A stretch of DNA of 64,000 nucleotides from Azolla caroliniana. Lineage: Eukaryota; Plantae; Polypodiophyta. This document shows, piece by piece, positions 23,001 through 35,445 of the stretch. The stretch is from assembly GCA_043228905.1 (NCBI GenBank), contig JBHGNT010000014.1:13702001-13766000 (forward strand). Direction: 5' to 3'. The notes beneath the pieces were generated by a model, which worked only from the letters and a program-made list of their open reading frames with translations, made no database searches and was not told the DNA's origin. Every line of letters begins with the position of its first letter. Within the stretch, counting starts at the first letter, position 1. The translations under genes and the position numbers were made by a program.

Positions 23001-26000
23001 TTTTCTCATAATTTTCTTAATCTATTATGACTCAATGGTTTCTTTGGGTAAATTTCAATGAACTAATAAGATATGAGTCTTTTTACACAAACATAAATAG
23101 ATGTGTATTGTGTACACACTTACATTCTACTTTTTAATGACCGCCCAGATGAAACCATATTATACATATGTACCTATCATAAGCAAGGAAGTGAAGATTC
23201 TATGGGCAACATTGTTGTTAGGTTTGCAAGGGAACAATTTGTACGTTATCTATACATGGCTAATGAAATGTTGGGAGGGAGTACATGGTTGGAGCTTGGA
23301 GGAAGGGAACACCCACCCATTGTGTCTAGATATAATCACTAAATTTAACAAAAGAGCGAAGCTACCGAACATCGCAGTTCAACTTTGAATGATAATGTTG
23401 TTTGTCTTTGTTTTCCGTGCAATTAGATTGGAAAGTGTTCACATGTTAGAATTGTCAACATGCTTTGCTGATTTTTTGGATTCATTAATTTACATTCACT
23501 TGTAACATGGGTTGTCAATATCCAGCCATGTTAAGATGGTGGGTCATGTATCGGCCAAAAATGGGTAGCACACAAGTTTAAGTGCTCTTCAATGAGGTGC
23601 CACATCACATGATTATTCAGAGTAGCAAAGAGACATAAATGTTCTCATATAACTTCTTTCTCGACACATTTACAAAATTTTATGAGGTTAAGGCAAACTA
23701 TTTTACCATACCATCTATAATGGCATTTGAGATATATTCATTTCTGATGGGCTAACGTGATAAAGATCATTATAATTCTCTCTTAGTGCAATGGAATTTC
23801 ACCTAATGCATGTTCGTGTATGATATGTCCTTTGACGTCATGGATCTTCTTTTTCTAGCATATAAGTTCTATTACCAATGTACATAATCATTCTACCATG
23901 ATTCAATCTCTTTAATCAAAGTTTCGTATGTAGCTACGCACTTGTCACTCATTACTTGTTTTTAAATGCGTATGTGTCAACAAGTTGTAGTTGCTAGATT
24001 ATATACATATTCATGACGTGTTAGGATCAAGATATTGACGACATTCAAGGTATCTATCTTCCATCATAATAAAAAAATGCCTTTCCCATAGGATAATGAT
24101 CCTCATGAAACAAATGGCAAAAACTCGTTTAAAGTAACTATAGTGGGTTAGATAACAACTATACTTTCTGGGCCTAGTCTATGGCAACAACACAAATTTG
24201 TTGGTCCCATCTAATGTCTTTGCAATGTTATGATGTCAATGCATTTAGAATGCTTTGGAGTTTTTCTCAAATATGAAAAGCCTGAACCAAATTTAAATGT
24301 AAAAGAAAATTTACTTACACAAAAACCAATTGAACATTAAGAAGATGCATTTGATGAATGTTTGTATTCAATTATGGATTACTAAATAAATAAAATAGGC
24401 TTGCTAAAACCAACTACAATATGTCCTAAGTAGGAGGGATGCAATTAGGAAACTTGCATATTTAATTGTGGGTTTATAAATGATTAAAGTATGTTAGCGC
24501 CAATTACATAAGCAAAAATATATAAGCTATAACATTTTTTGTTGTGGTTTGTATGATAAGTGTTGTAATTCAACTAATTAACTATGTATTTATGGTAATT
24601 CATAGTGCAATTACTGCTAATGTAGTAGCCATTATTTTAATTTGAATAAGCTCTAATGATACAAAAGATTGACTTCAAAGCTTCGGACAGATTTTACTCT
24701 TACATATTAATTGTGGATTTGTTTAATATGAAGAGTTATATATATTAAAATAGATGAGCTCCTTGATATGACTCAAAAACGTTGGATTGCTTGCAACTAG
24801 ATATGGAGGAGTAATATATTGACTTTGAGCATCTAGATTCTAGGATGGATCAAGGTTCATGTAGATGAGAAAAACACACTTTTAAAACCTCATGGCAAAA
24901 TTACTCACCTCCCCCCAATTTAATAAACTCGTGTATGACTTGCTTTGCCAAAAGAAAATCCCTCTCTTGTAAGGGCGTGAGCCTCATGTATTGAATTTTC
25001 TTCAACATGTTACATGATTATCTTTGAGAATCTTGTTCATGGTCTCTTTTGTCCATCCACAATATTTTTTTTCCAAGTATGCTTCTAAAGTTGTATGGTA
25101 GACCAATCTTAGTTTCTAGGCATGTCTCACTCCACACTAGAGGTAGGGATGAGGTAAGGATTGTACTAACAAGACATTACATGCTAGACTGCAATGTGAA
25201 CATTGCTTCTAAATATGATATGCGGCCATTAAACATGCCAAACTTTAAAATTTCATTATGTTGATTCATAACAAAGTAATGTGCGTGGATTTCCAAAATT
25301 GTTCATTTTAAAGCTTGTGCGTTCTATCCTAAATATTAACTTTGATCACACTTACACAATACATACATACGTACATACATACATACATACATACATGTCG
25401 ATTTTATTTCTAAACTATAGTTTCTAATGCATCTCTTTCCTTAATTGTGATCGATTAGTAAATTAGAGTTTTAATTTCTAGCCTCCTATTTTTAACCAAT
25501 CACTCCTTAGTGACTTTCTTAGTTATAACTTATGATTACTAAGTTAATTAGGGATCAACTATAGAAAAGCAAAATTTTCTATCTTTCAACACTCATTGAA
25601 TCTACACGCGTATGCATGTTTCTCCTATTTTCTTTGTTACAACATACGTCACTATTTGTAAACTACACGCCACATCGTTGTATTGATCCCATGATCTCAA
25701 AATCTCCAAATAGTGGACACAGTTGTCTCAACTATTGCCCAATTGAATTGGCATTAGAGTTTTTTATGTGACCCTTTTTGGTTATGAAAGAAAAAAATCG
25801 TTAACAATTTTTGTTGAGAGAACCAAAATGTGGAAACAATTGGAATCATGGATGTAGAAGCATTATGACAATATATGAACAAATGATAGATCTTTGTGAT
25901 AAGCATCCTTCTCGTCTAAATTTGGCTTATTGGGAAGCTTAACTTGAAATATTTCTAGATGCCACTATAAACCTTGAGGACATGGAAAACAATGCGAAGC

Positions 26001-26832
26001 TTTACTATATTTCAAGAACATGAGGAGTTGCCAGATATGATCACGTTCATGATACTCACATGGGTTTAAGCTTCATGTGAAATAGAAGAAGATTATGAAT
26101 TCGATCAAAATCTAGGTTTCAAACCTATGCTATTGTATATCTCCTTCGCATTATTGAACCATCTACATGAAAGGCAATCATTTAATCTTAGAAAACTGGA
26201 GGGATACCCCCAACACTTTTGTGACATTAATAATTTGAGAATCAGATATGGTTGATAGGAATATATATATTTCACTATATCTCACATGTATAGATTCTTG
26301 ATAGCCACAAAATGTACAAGATATCATATGTTGATGATTTGATGTCTGTTCCACCATTGATCTGAGATCTTTCAGTCAAATCCACAACAGCAAAACCAGT
26401 CTGAGTATCCTTTTTGCTAAGGATGAAGGCAGCCCAACAGAACTCTCATGAGGACACATCATGGATATAAAGGACAAATTTTATATAAAAGCCTTCAAAC
26501 CATGGTACTTATCATATAAATTAAAACACTACTAGGTCAGTCTTGCAATCATTGCAAACTCTAAAGAGCAGCATCAATAAGACTATTTGGTCTTTGAATT
26601 CCACATGTTTTCTTCCATTTGAACACAACTATATAATTGTCAATATTCATTACGATTCAATATATAAATGGGGTGTCAGCTTTACCAACAAAATTTCTAG
26701 GCAAAATGTGTGATGATATATGGTTAACATCTCTGTAAACCTGAAGCAAATTTATGTATACTCAAGGTTGCAGTGCAAAAGAGCAATGAAAGAGAGCCTA
26801 TCTCAATGTGATCCATGATGAGAGTATGGTGT

Positions 26833-28113
26833 CTACATGCCAAGCCGAAAAGAAGGTTCATCATCCCTACAACAAGGTTCATGAAAGGCATTCATATCAT
26901 CAAATCCCTCTGTATGTTTGTGTTCACTTGTAGAGTACACACCATTGGATAGATCAGCAACATTTCTTATGACATCATTCCTCCCACAAAATCCTGAAAC
27001 TGTTCTCACTGTGTTGCAGTCCTCTTTCTTACTAAGCCTCGAGCCCGAATCCAATCTCAGAAACATTGTATCACCTCCATCGAGTGTCAACACCTCTTCA
27101 TGTCTATGCTTTGAATCACATCGCAGTATATGAGATGGCGGTAGTGATGCCATTGTCTTGGTATTAGTACTCTCTTGTTCATTATGCCTCGAACCCGAAT
27201 CCAATTTCTCTGACATTTTCTGGTCGTCTCCATCGAGCATCGCTGCCTCCGAATCACAACGTAAAATAGCTGATGGTGGTGGAGTGTTGGGATCTGGATT
27301 TGGTTCAGAAGGCAAGATGAAAGACGCGAAAGGAACCCCATCAAAAGAAGATGATGCAAACGGAACAAATGTTGGGAATGGCGACATTCGGTGTCCGATT
27401 TGCATGGGTGGATTTGATCCGACTTCTTTACAGGAATACAAAGAATGATAGAGATACTGCTGCTGATGCAGTGAAGGATGAGGAAATTGAGCATCTGCCG
27501 ATACAGGGGTGTAACAAGTCGGTGTATCACAAGGCGAAGCAAAAGCCGAAGTCGAGAGAGGAGACAATATATTCTCTCTTCTCCTACAATGACCACCACC
27601 ATTGCCACTAGAGCCTTTAGCTTCGAGAGCGGAAGCAATGTATGCAAAAGGCACATCTGGAGAGGAGGGGGTAGTGACCAGATGTGCGAGCTCGGGAGGG
27701 GGCGTGAAGGGCCCAGTGGATGGCTCCGTGGTGAAAGTAGACAAAACTGGTGGTGACACGAGTTGCGTTTCATGTGCATAAGGTCCGATCGTAAACATAG
27801 TATTGATGGGTCCCGGCGAAGAGAGATTAGCCGCAGCAGCCAATGAGAGGCTACAATTGGCGGGCGATTGGGCAGATGAGTTAACAAATGAGACTGGGGA
27901 GGAGGGTGGGGCAAGTTCTGACAGGCCTACCATAGATGATGATGATGATGGCCATGTCGCAGTAATGGCTCCGGCTCTTCGTGCACCCTCTGGCCCTGTG
28001 AATGTTGGAACTATCCTTTTATCCCTCCTCTGGGTCTTGAAACACCAGTATCGGGTCCAATCCACTCTCCACCTCCTAGGGAACAATGGAAACCCCATGA
28101 TAATGAAAGACAA
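26833..28113 (-). CDS. At1g76660/At5g52430-like Ser/Pro-rich ('hydroxyproline-rich glycoprotein family') protein; start uncertain (first ATG at 28098, or an upstream exon)
   Basis: RRW...YWCF...KRIVP, PPSSPVSF, FTIGPYAHETQLVSPPVLSTFTTEPSTGPFTPPPE and TTPSSPDVPFA family motifs in a 426-codon ORF. Confidence 0.85.
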   Translation of the reverse strand: MSFIIMGFPLFPRRWRVDWTRYWCFKTQRRDKRIVPTFTGPEGARRAGAITATWPSSSSSMVGLSELAPPSSPVSFVNSSAQSPANCSLSLAAAANLSSPGPINTMFTIGPYAHETQLVSPPVLSTFTTEPSTGPFTPPPELAHLVTTPSSPDVPFAYIASALEAKGSSGNGGGHCRRRENILSPLSTSAFASPCDTPTCYTPVSADAQFPHPSLHQQQYLYHSLYSCKEVGSNPPMQIGHRMSPFPTFVPFASSSFDGVPFASFILPSEPNPDPNTPPPSAILRCDSEAAMLDGDDQKMSEKLDSGSRHNEQESTNTKTMASLPPSHILRCDSKHRHEEVLTLDGGDTMFLRLDSGSRLSKKEDCNTVRTVSGFCGRNDVIRNVADLSNGVYSTSEHKHTEGFDDMNAFHEPCCRDDEPSFRLGM

Positions 28114-28218
28114 TATCTTGACCTAATTTTCTTCCCTTCTTGTTCTTGACCTTGACCTTGTTTGTCTTGTTCTCTTTCTTCTGGTTCTTGCTGTTAATAT
28201 GTAGGTTTGTTTGTTTAA

Positions 28219-28434
28219 TCTGTGTTCTTTTTTTTTGTCACTTCTCTTTCATATTCTTCTTCAATTTCTTCTTCACTTTCTGTTCGTATTCTTGTTCAAC
28301 TTCACCTCTTTTCCTTCGTTGTTTCTTACTGCTTTGTGTCCTTTTTATCTGTGTTCTTATTTTATTGTCACTTCTCTTTCATATTCTTCTTCAATTTCTT
28401 CTTCACTTTCTGTTCGTGTTCTTGTTCAACTTCT
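28219..28434. repeat. About 85-bp pyrimidine-rich direct repeat, 130-bp spacing
   Basis: TCTGTGTTCTT...GTTCAACTTC at 28219 and 28349. Confidence 0.85.
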
Positions 28435-29879
28435 TCTCCTTCCCTCGGCTGTTTCATACTGCTATCCATGGCAAAATAATACTGAATCTCCACACTTTCA
28501 CAGATCATACCTTTTCAGCTCGCGCACGGCACAGAGACAGAGACAGAGACAGAGAGAGGTGAAGGGGAATCGAAATTAGGGTTTCGATTCGCCCACAAGG
28601 GCATACCTGAATTACAGTTGATTCGAAGTCAAGGTGAAGACAATTAGGGGATTTCGTTGAGTAGATTCGTAGCCGGGGGTGAAGGTATTCATTTGTCTGA
28701 GAAAACAGAGGCCAGATAAGAGATGCAGCGAGTATGAAAAAGCAATTCCTATACAAAGAAGAAGAAGATGATGAAGAAGAAGAAGAAGAAAGAGTAGGAA
28801 AAAAGGAGAGGAAGAAGTGTCTAATAATAACATCTCTAAGAAGACCAAGTGTCCGGCCCGCCGGCCACAACAATACGTATACTTGCTCGTCTTCCTCGTC
28901 GGTATTGCTAGCTTTGTCTGCTTTCTCGATATCGGCTTTACTTGACTAAACCCATATACACATTCTTGCCTCCCTGTAGCTTTCTTCACTGTCGCACTTA
29001 ATCCCAATATACACATTGTCGCCTCCCTACAACTTTCTTTGGTTCCCTTGGGATCTCCCTTAATCTTGCCAAACCAATATGTGTTGGTGTCAGCGTTATC
29101 CCTGCCATTTAGCCTTGGTAGCCTTCTCGACTGTGTTTCTTTCCGGTAGAGAGTGTTACCCTCCCATGTGGTTAGGGGTCATGCATGTTGACCTTCATAT
29201 TGCCCTTGCTTGTGAGTTTCTATCATGATGTGAAGAGTTTCATATTCCCCTGACAACCACACATAGGTCATGTGTAAGATGAGTATATGTGGCATATTAT
29301 TAGACCATCAAGTTTATCTTCTTTATAAAACTTTTTTGAGGCAACAATGCTACGAAAGGCTAAGTATGAAAAGCTAACTATGAAGAAGAGGTTCCATATT
29401 TCTAATTGCCGGTATGAGTCCAAGTGGGATTGGTTGGGTTATCAATAATAAAAGTGTAAATGGGAGCCAAAAATGTAATTTGGTAGTAAAAGTGCGTGCA
29501 TAATAAGCAAAAGGCAGAAAAACAATTCCTACTTGAATAGAGAGTTGTCTAGGGGATTTGAGTTGGATGTCAAGGCAAACTACAACTATCTTTATGGGAG
29601 TAAAGGTAATCATCAAGACAATTTTTCTTCCCATTTTGAGGATAGATAATATAAAGGTGTTTGACATAACATTGTCATGCAAAGGAGGATAACACATATA
29701 AGGCCTCTAGACCTAGAGATTCAACATGTGGCTAGTAAGTGTGATGTCCTATAGTAGGCACAATCTCTAAAAATAAGTATGAAGGGGAAATTGGGATTTT
29801 GTTAGAAGACGAAAATGTTGACCTCAACTTTTTTAGGTCGACATGCATAATTTCTAACAAAAAGTGGTGCAAGCGCCAT

Positions 29880-30045
29880 GTTCAAAGAAGAAGAAGTGAG
29901 CTCTTGAAATGGACAAGACCACAAACTCATCAATGGATAACAATTATCATGGATCACGCTATCAAACAAGAATTTCTAGAAGATTGGCTCATGAATTGGA
30001 TTAAACCAATCAATAAAAGAGGAGATAAAAATTTGGTATCCAACT
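29880..30045 (+). mobile_element. LINE (RTE-like) reverse transcriptase fragment
   Basis: EFLEDWLMNWIKPINKRGDKNLVSN resembles the non-LTR RT motif PxxW..IxPIxKxGD...SNYR. Confidence 0.65.
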
Positions 30046-30677
30046 AGGGATCGATGACGGCTCGGTTCAACCCTAAACCGTTTAGCTAAACCGGTTTAAG
30101 CTGGCTTGGCTCCGTTTAAACTTTAGGCTTGAGCCTACCTAAACGGTTTGAGCTCAACTCGGCTTGGCTTGAGCCTTGCCAAACCGTCTTGAACCAGTTA
30201 AGTCATTTATCTAATTTAATAATTAGGGTTCCGAAAGTTAGAAATTAGACGACTTGAGAGAGAGATACTGATAGGAATCCACCATAGGCAACGACTGTTG
30301 AGAGACGCATCTCCACACAGACGTGAGAGAGAGGGAGAGAGAGGGAGATCGAGCCTCCATAGTGGACGACAAGGAGGACCTCATTCTTGCTACTGTTATA
30401 TACATTCTTTTTGTACATATAGGTGAAAACTTCGTTCTAATTCTCTCTGAGTTGGACATAGAACCTAGGACACAGTGAGCTCGACCTAAAGGTGGTTGAG
30501 GGATGGACAATAGCAATCAAGAATGGCCATATCAAGGAGATTCGTGGATGCCGGTTGACTAATCGTAGTAGTCTATGGAGAGAAAGTTCTGGAGGTGGGA
30601 CTTGGAGTTGAATTCAGACTCATCACTGATAAGGCCAAGCAGGACTAACTAGCAGTAGTGTTTTTTGGGTTTCTTCA
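30045..30677. mobile_element. hAT-like element left end, interrupted by a copia LTR
   Basis: TAGGGATCGATGACGGCTCGG start with AAACCG and GGCTTG subterminal repeats similar to the MITE at 14575. Confidence 0.5.
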
Positions 30678-33371
30678 TGTTAAGAATTAGGTAAATAACT
30701 ACGGGTTAATTAGTACCTAATTATGTGATTAAGCTAAGCGGAAGATTATGTGATATGTGTGTGTATGTGTGTGAGAGGAAGAGAGAGAAGAAGTTACACC
30801 TATGAACAACACAAGATGGGGGATGATTAACTATATATTAAATTAGCATCATCAAATACAAAAATACCCACAATGAGGTATATATAGGTCCCATGTGCAA
30901 GGGTGCACATGTGTGAGGAGAATATAGGTACAAGGGTGTAAGTCCTATATTAAATGTACTTGGAAGTGGAGGATCTAGAATATCTCACTTAAGTACAAGG
31001 TCCTATTTAAGGCGTTATAGTCAACACTTCTAACTAGATTCTATCTAGGTAACTATGAAGTTACATGGTTAACTAACTAAACTAAGTTGAGCTCGATCTC
31101 TTAACACACCCCTGAAGCTTAAGTGTGAGGCATCCAACATTGTCCGGCTTTCGATGTCGGCTTCCGTGCGACTTTCGGCGTTGGTATTTTCGTGGCAGTT
31201 TCGGTTCCTCCTCCTCAAGCCTGTGATGAAGGCTTGGGTCGACTTCTTTCACCCACCGTGGGTCATGAGCCACTTTTGTAGAGCTCTCGAGCTCTTGTTC
31301 AGCCGCTACCTTCATTGCGAAGGCATAATGATGGGCCATGTACTCGTTGTAGCCTAGCCGAGTGACGAGGTTCTTCTCTCGGGATGCGCGTCGATGTTTT
31401 TCGTTCGCCGATGTGAGTGCCTTCTTTACTCTAGGTGTCCGCATGATGGGTACACCAAACTCATTGTTGAGTGAGGGAGCCGACACATCCGAATCACTGT
31501 TGTTGGGGTGGTCGACTTCATATTCGGGCATCTTACCTTTACCTTTGTCCAAGGTCGTACTTGGCCGCGATGTGCTTGGAAGGCTTGAAGGCTGGTGTGG
31601 TCCACTTAGCTCGGTAGAGCTTGGACGGTCCTTTGGTGAAGGGCTTGGTCGAATATCATCCTCCGAGTTGACGTTCAACTCTTCCTCGGTCGGTTCGGGT
31701 GGAGTTGACTCGGGCTTATACCATGATGCCAATTCGTCGAAGACTACGTCTCGACTCACCCGAACCGCTCGGGTCGAAGGGTTATAGCACTTGTATGCCT
31801 TCTTCTCAGACAAGTATCCTATGAGGATACATTCCTCTGACTTCGCATCAGGCTTCTATCGGTTTTTGTTTGGGATGTGTACATTCGGAATGCTTCCGAA
31901 CACCTTGAGGTGCGACAGGATCACCTTCCTACCGACAAGGAGCACGTATGGAGTTAACTCATGCACTCCATTGGTGGTGCATTGATTCATGAGATAGACG
32001 GCCGTGGATGCCGCTTCGGCCCAATAGAAATTCGCCATGTGCTTCTCATGCATCATGGTGTGTGCTACCTCGAGTATTTGGCAATTTTTCCTTTCGGCAA
32101 CTCCATTTTGTTGGGGTGTGGGTCGGCATGAGAATTCTCTCCAAATGCCTTCACTTTGGAGGTAGGTGGTGAAGTCTTTGGAGAAGTACTCGCCTCAATC
32201 CGATCGTAGGCAACGAATGTGCCGACTGATTTCTTTTTTGACTTGGCCCTTGAGCTTTTGGAAGTGGGCTCGCACTTCGCTCTTCTTCTTCATCAGAAAG
32301 ATCCACGTGTAGCGGGAGTAATCGTCGATGAAGGTGACGTAGTATCGGCATCCGCTCATCGTCGGAGTTTGAACCGGTCCTCATACATCTGAGAGTATGA
32401 CGTTGAGGAGGCCTTTGCTTGTGGAGCTCTCCTTTGGGAATGGGAGTCGATGTTATTTGCCGAGTTGACACGCTTCGTATACTTGATCGACTCGAATGTT
32501 GGAAGTCCGATGACGACTCCCTTGGTTTGCATCGCTCGAAGCCGTTGGAGGTTTATGTGGCTGATTCTCTTGTGCCACAACTCGATGCTTGTCTCGGTTT
32601 TGAGACCTTTGGCATACATGGCCAATTTCGAGGGTTGTCTCGGTTTCGAGGATGAACATTCGACTGTCTCTCCGTCCCCGATGAAACAACCTTCGTTGTT
32701 GAAGTAGACTTGCATGCCTTGTTGCACGATTTGGCCGACCGAGACCAAATTCTTTGTTATTGTGGGCACGTGCAAGACATTCTTGATGCAAGTTTGCTCG
32801 CCTTTTTTCCCGAATGGGACATTGCCGATGTGCCGAATGGGATGTGTGCTGTCGTCTCCCATCTCTATGAAGCCGGGTCGATTGGGTATGCGCAAATCAC
32901 TGAACCACTCTTCATGGGATGTCATGTGATGTGAGGCACCGGAGTCGACGAACCACACATTTTCCATGTTGGAGGTGCTCGTGGAGTCGAAGACCGACAT
33001 AGAGTTCGCTCTATGTCTCATTATGAAGAGTCCACCATAGTCATCGTATTCGGAGTTAGTGACGTAGTTTGTGAGTAGTCAACTTGTTGAAGCCGACTCA
33101 TTTCTCTTTTTTTGACACTCCTCTTCGCGACGACCGATCTTCCCACAATTGTTGTAGGTAAGTGGCATTGTTTGCCGACCTTGTTCGGCATGGAAGCTCC
33201 CCCTTCTTCTAAAGGTTCCTCGATGGCTTCCGTCTTGTTGTTGACGGTTTGAATTCCCTTCGTGTGATGGGTCGAATCAGCCTCTTCTACCGCCTCGACC
33301 TTGTCCTCGACCACCATCCAAATTTGAGAAGAACATTTGTCCTTCTGATGTCTTGGTTTTGGTTTGGACGT

Positions 33372-34186
33372 TGTCGTGCCTTTCAGTGCCGGATCGTTTG
33401 CGTGAGTCGGGTGGGAACCACTGGGGTTTTGGACTAGGAGGAGGAAGAATTTGAGACAAGTTTATAGTTATGAATAGATTATTAGAAAGATAGGTAAGTT
33501 ATGAATCTCGTGAATCCCACAAGTTTAGTGTATTTAATCAATATTTAGATAGTAAGAGACAATTTTTATCACAAATTCGTGAATCCCATGAATATATTAT
33601 ATTAATTGGTGGTGTTTTAGGAAATATATCCAATTTCCCAAATATTTTTCACACCCTATTACATTGTGCTCCTCATCCTTATATAGTGATGAGAGAGTCT
33701 TCACAATCCATGCTTTTTCTCTAACTATAGACTATATGCTTTATCTAACATGCTTTTTCTAACTTTAGTTTTCATGCACACTGTATGTGCATGATTAGCT
33801 TTCGATCCCATCTTTTCTTTTAACTTGAGTGTGTATGCATGAGTAACTTTTTGTACCATGCATATCTAAAATATTTACATGGGATAAAGTTTAGTATAAC
33901 TTTAAAATTCATAATATGCTAGTATAGTGGTAAGGCTTAACATTATTAACATGGAGGTACAAGGTTCAAATCTTGCCCTATGCATGTAATATATATATTT
34001 ATAGTTTCTTCTATTTACAAATATGTCTCTTCATTCGGTGAGAGACTCTCACTAGCCTTCTTCATTCGGTTCTCACCGGGTCTTCCTTGCCGATTCCTCC
34101 TTCATCCGGTTCTTGCCGGCTCTCCATTTCCCATCCGGAGGGACCAAAAATGTAATTTTCACGTAGTGGCAAATTACACTACGACA
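33372..34186 (-). mobile_element. Gypsy-type solo LTR (815 bp) with 4-bp TSD ACGT
   Basis: TGTCGT...ACGACA termini; ACGT at 33368-33371 and 34187-34190; removing it restores the copia gag; shares the U5 motif of the other gypsy-type LTRs. Confidence 0.85.
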
Positions 34187-35445
34187 ACGTGGTTCTCTTC
34201 AACCATTAGCATTGATTGAAGGTCGAAGAACAAATGAGGGTTTTCCCTCGCCAAGATTGTCGTCCTCAATGAGTCGAATTGTTGTGCGAGGCCGCCCAAG
34301 CATCTTGAACCACCTCTTCTTCCTCAATGTTTATGTTGATGGAGCCAAGCAAGTCGCAAATGTTGTTTATCTTGGCGGTGTAGTCCGATACAGACATATC
34401 TTCTTGCCGAATGTTGTTCAACTCTTGTTGGAATTGAAGCTTTCAGGTGGTCGTGTTGGCGGTGAACATTTTCTTTAAGTTCACCCATGCTTCTTTAGGC
34501 GTGTTGGTGTCTCGAATGTGGCTAAGCATGTGGTCGTGGACACATGTTGCCAAGCAATACAAGACTCGACTCACCGCTTGCTCCCATGTTGAGTAGGCGG
34601 CATTCTTTGGGGCGGGTCGATTTTCTTGAGCACCGTTGATGTAGCTCCAATACCCTTGGCCGACAAGGTATTGGTTCAGCTTGTGCTCCCAAGATGAATA
34701 ATTGCTCCGGTTTAGCTTTTCACTAGGGAGCGAGCTACCCATTTGTGTGTTCATTTTGTTGTAATGTCTTCCCTTTTGTCTTTTCTTCCTTTGGTCGCGT
34801 ACAAATTATCGCGTTATTACGCGCGTGCGTGGAGAAACGAGGCGGGACCACCGGGGTCTTGGACCGAAGAGCAGGTGATAGAAGGGGAATGAGAGAGAGA
34901 GAGATGCCCTGTCACGTATGAGTAAGAAACACAGGGGCACGGCCCCTCAACACAGAAGACGTGAATGGACATAGAGACAGGGAGACACAAGTGTTTGTAT
35001 ATTAACGAATTTCAAATACACAACAGAGCACGCGAGCGGCGACAACCGAGCAGGCCGGCGAACAGATGTCGATGCTTGCTCGTCTGCGCACGAAAGGAGA
35101 AAAGGGTGGAGGAGCTGCCGGAAGCACACGGGCGTTCCTCGAAACAGCGCGAGCCTCCCGAAACCCTGCAGAGAAGAGTGATGGAGAACGAACAGAGGAG
35201 AAGCGTTTGGTTCCGGTCCAGCAGCACTTCGTCCTCCTTAATGCGCGATACTTTCTCCCTGCATCTCCCTCTCCTTTATAGCTTCAAGAAGGGAGCCGTC
35301 TCCCTCATTTACTCCCCACCTACCGAATCTAACTACCCGGATATGCCTTTGTACTTAATCCCCTAGTATATACATTAAGGGCGTGCACACGTGAAGAGCC
35401 GGTTCACGCGCGCTATGCACCGATTGCGCCAAGGGACGGTTTTCT

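Noticed and set aside
28140-28579. Hydrophobic Phe/Leu-rich ORFs as membrane proteins
   Set aside because: Products of a CT-rich low-complexity duplication.
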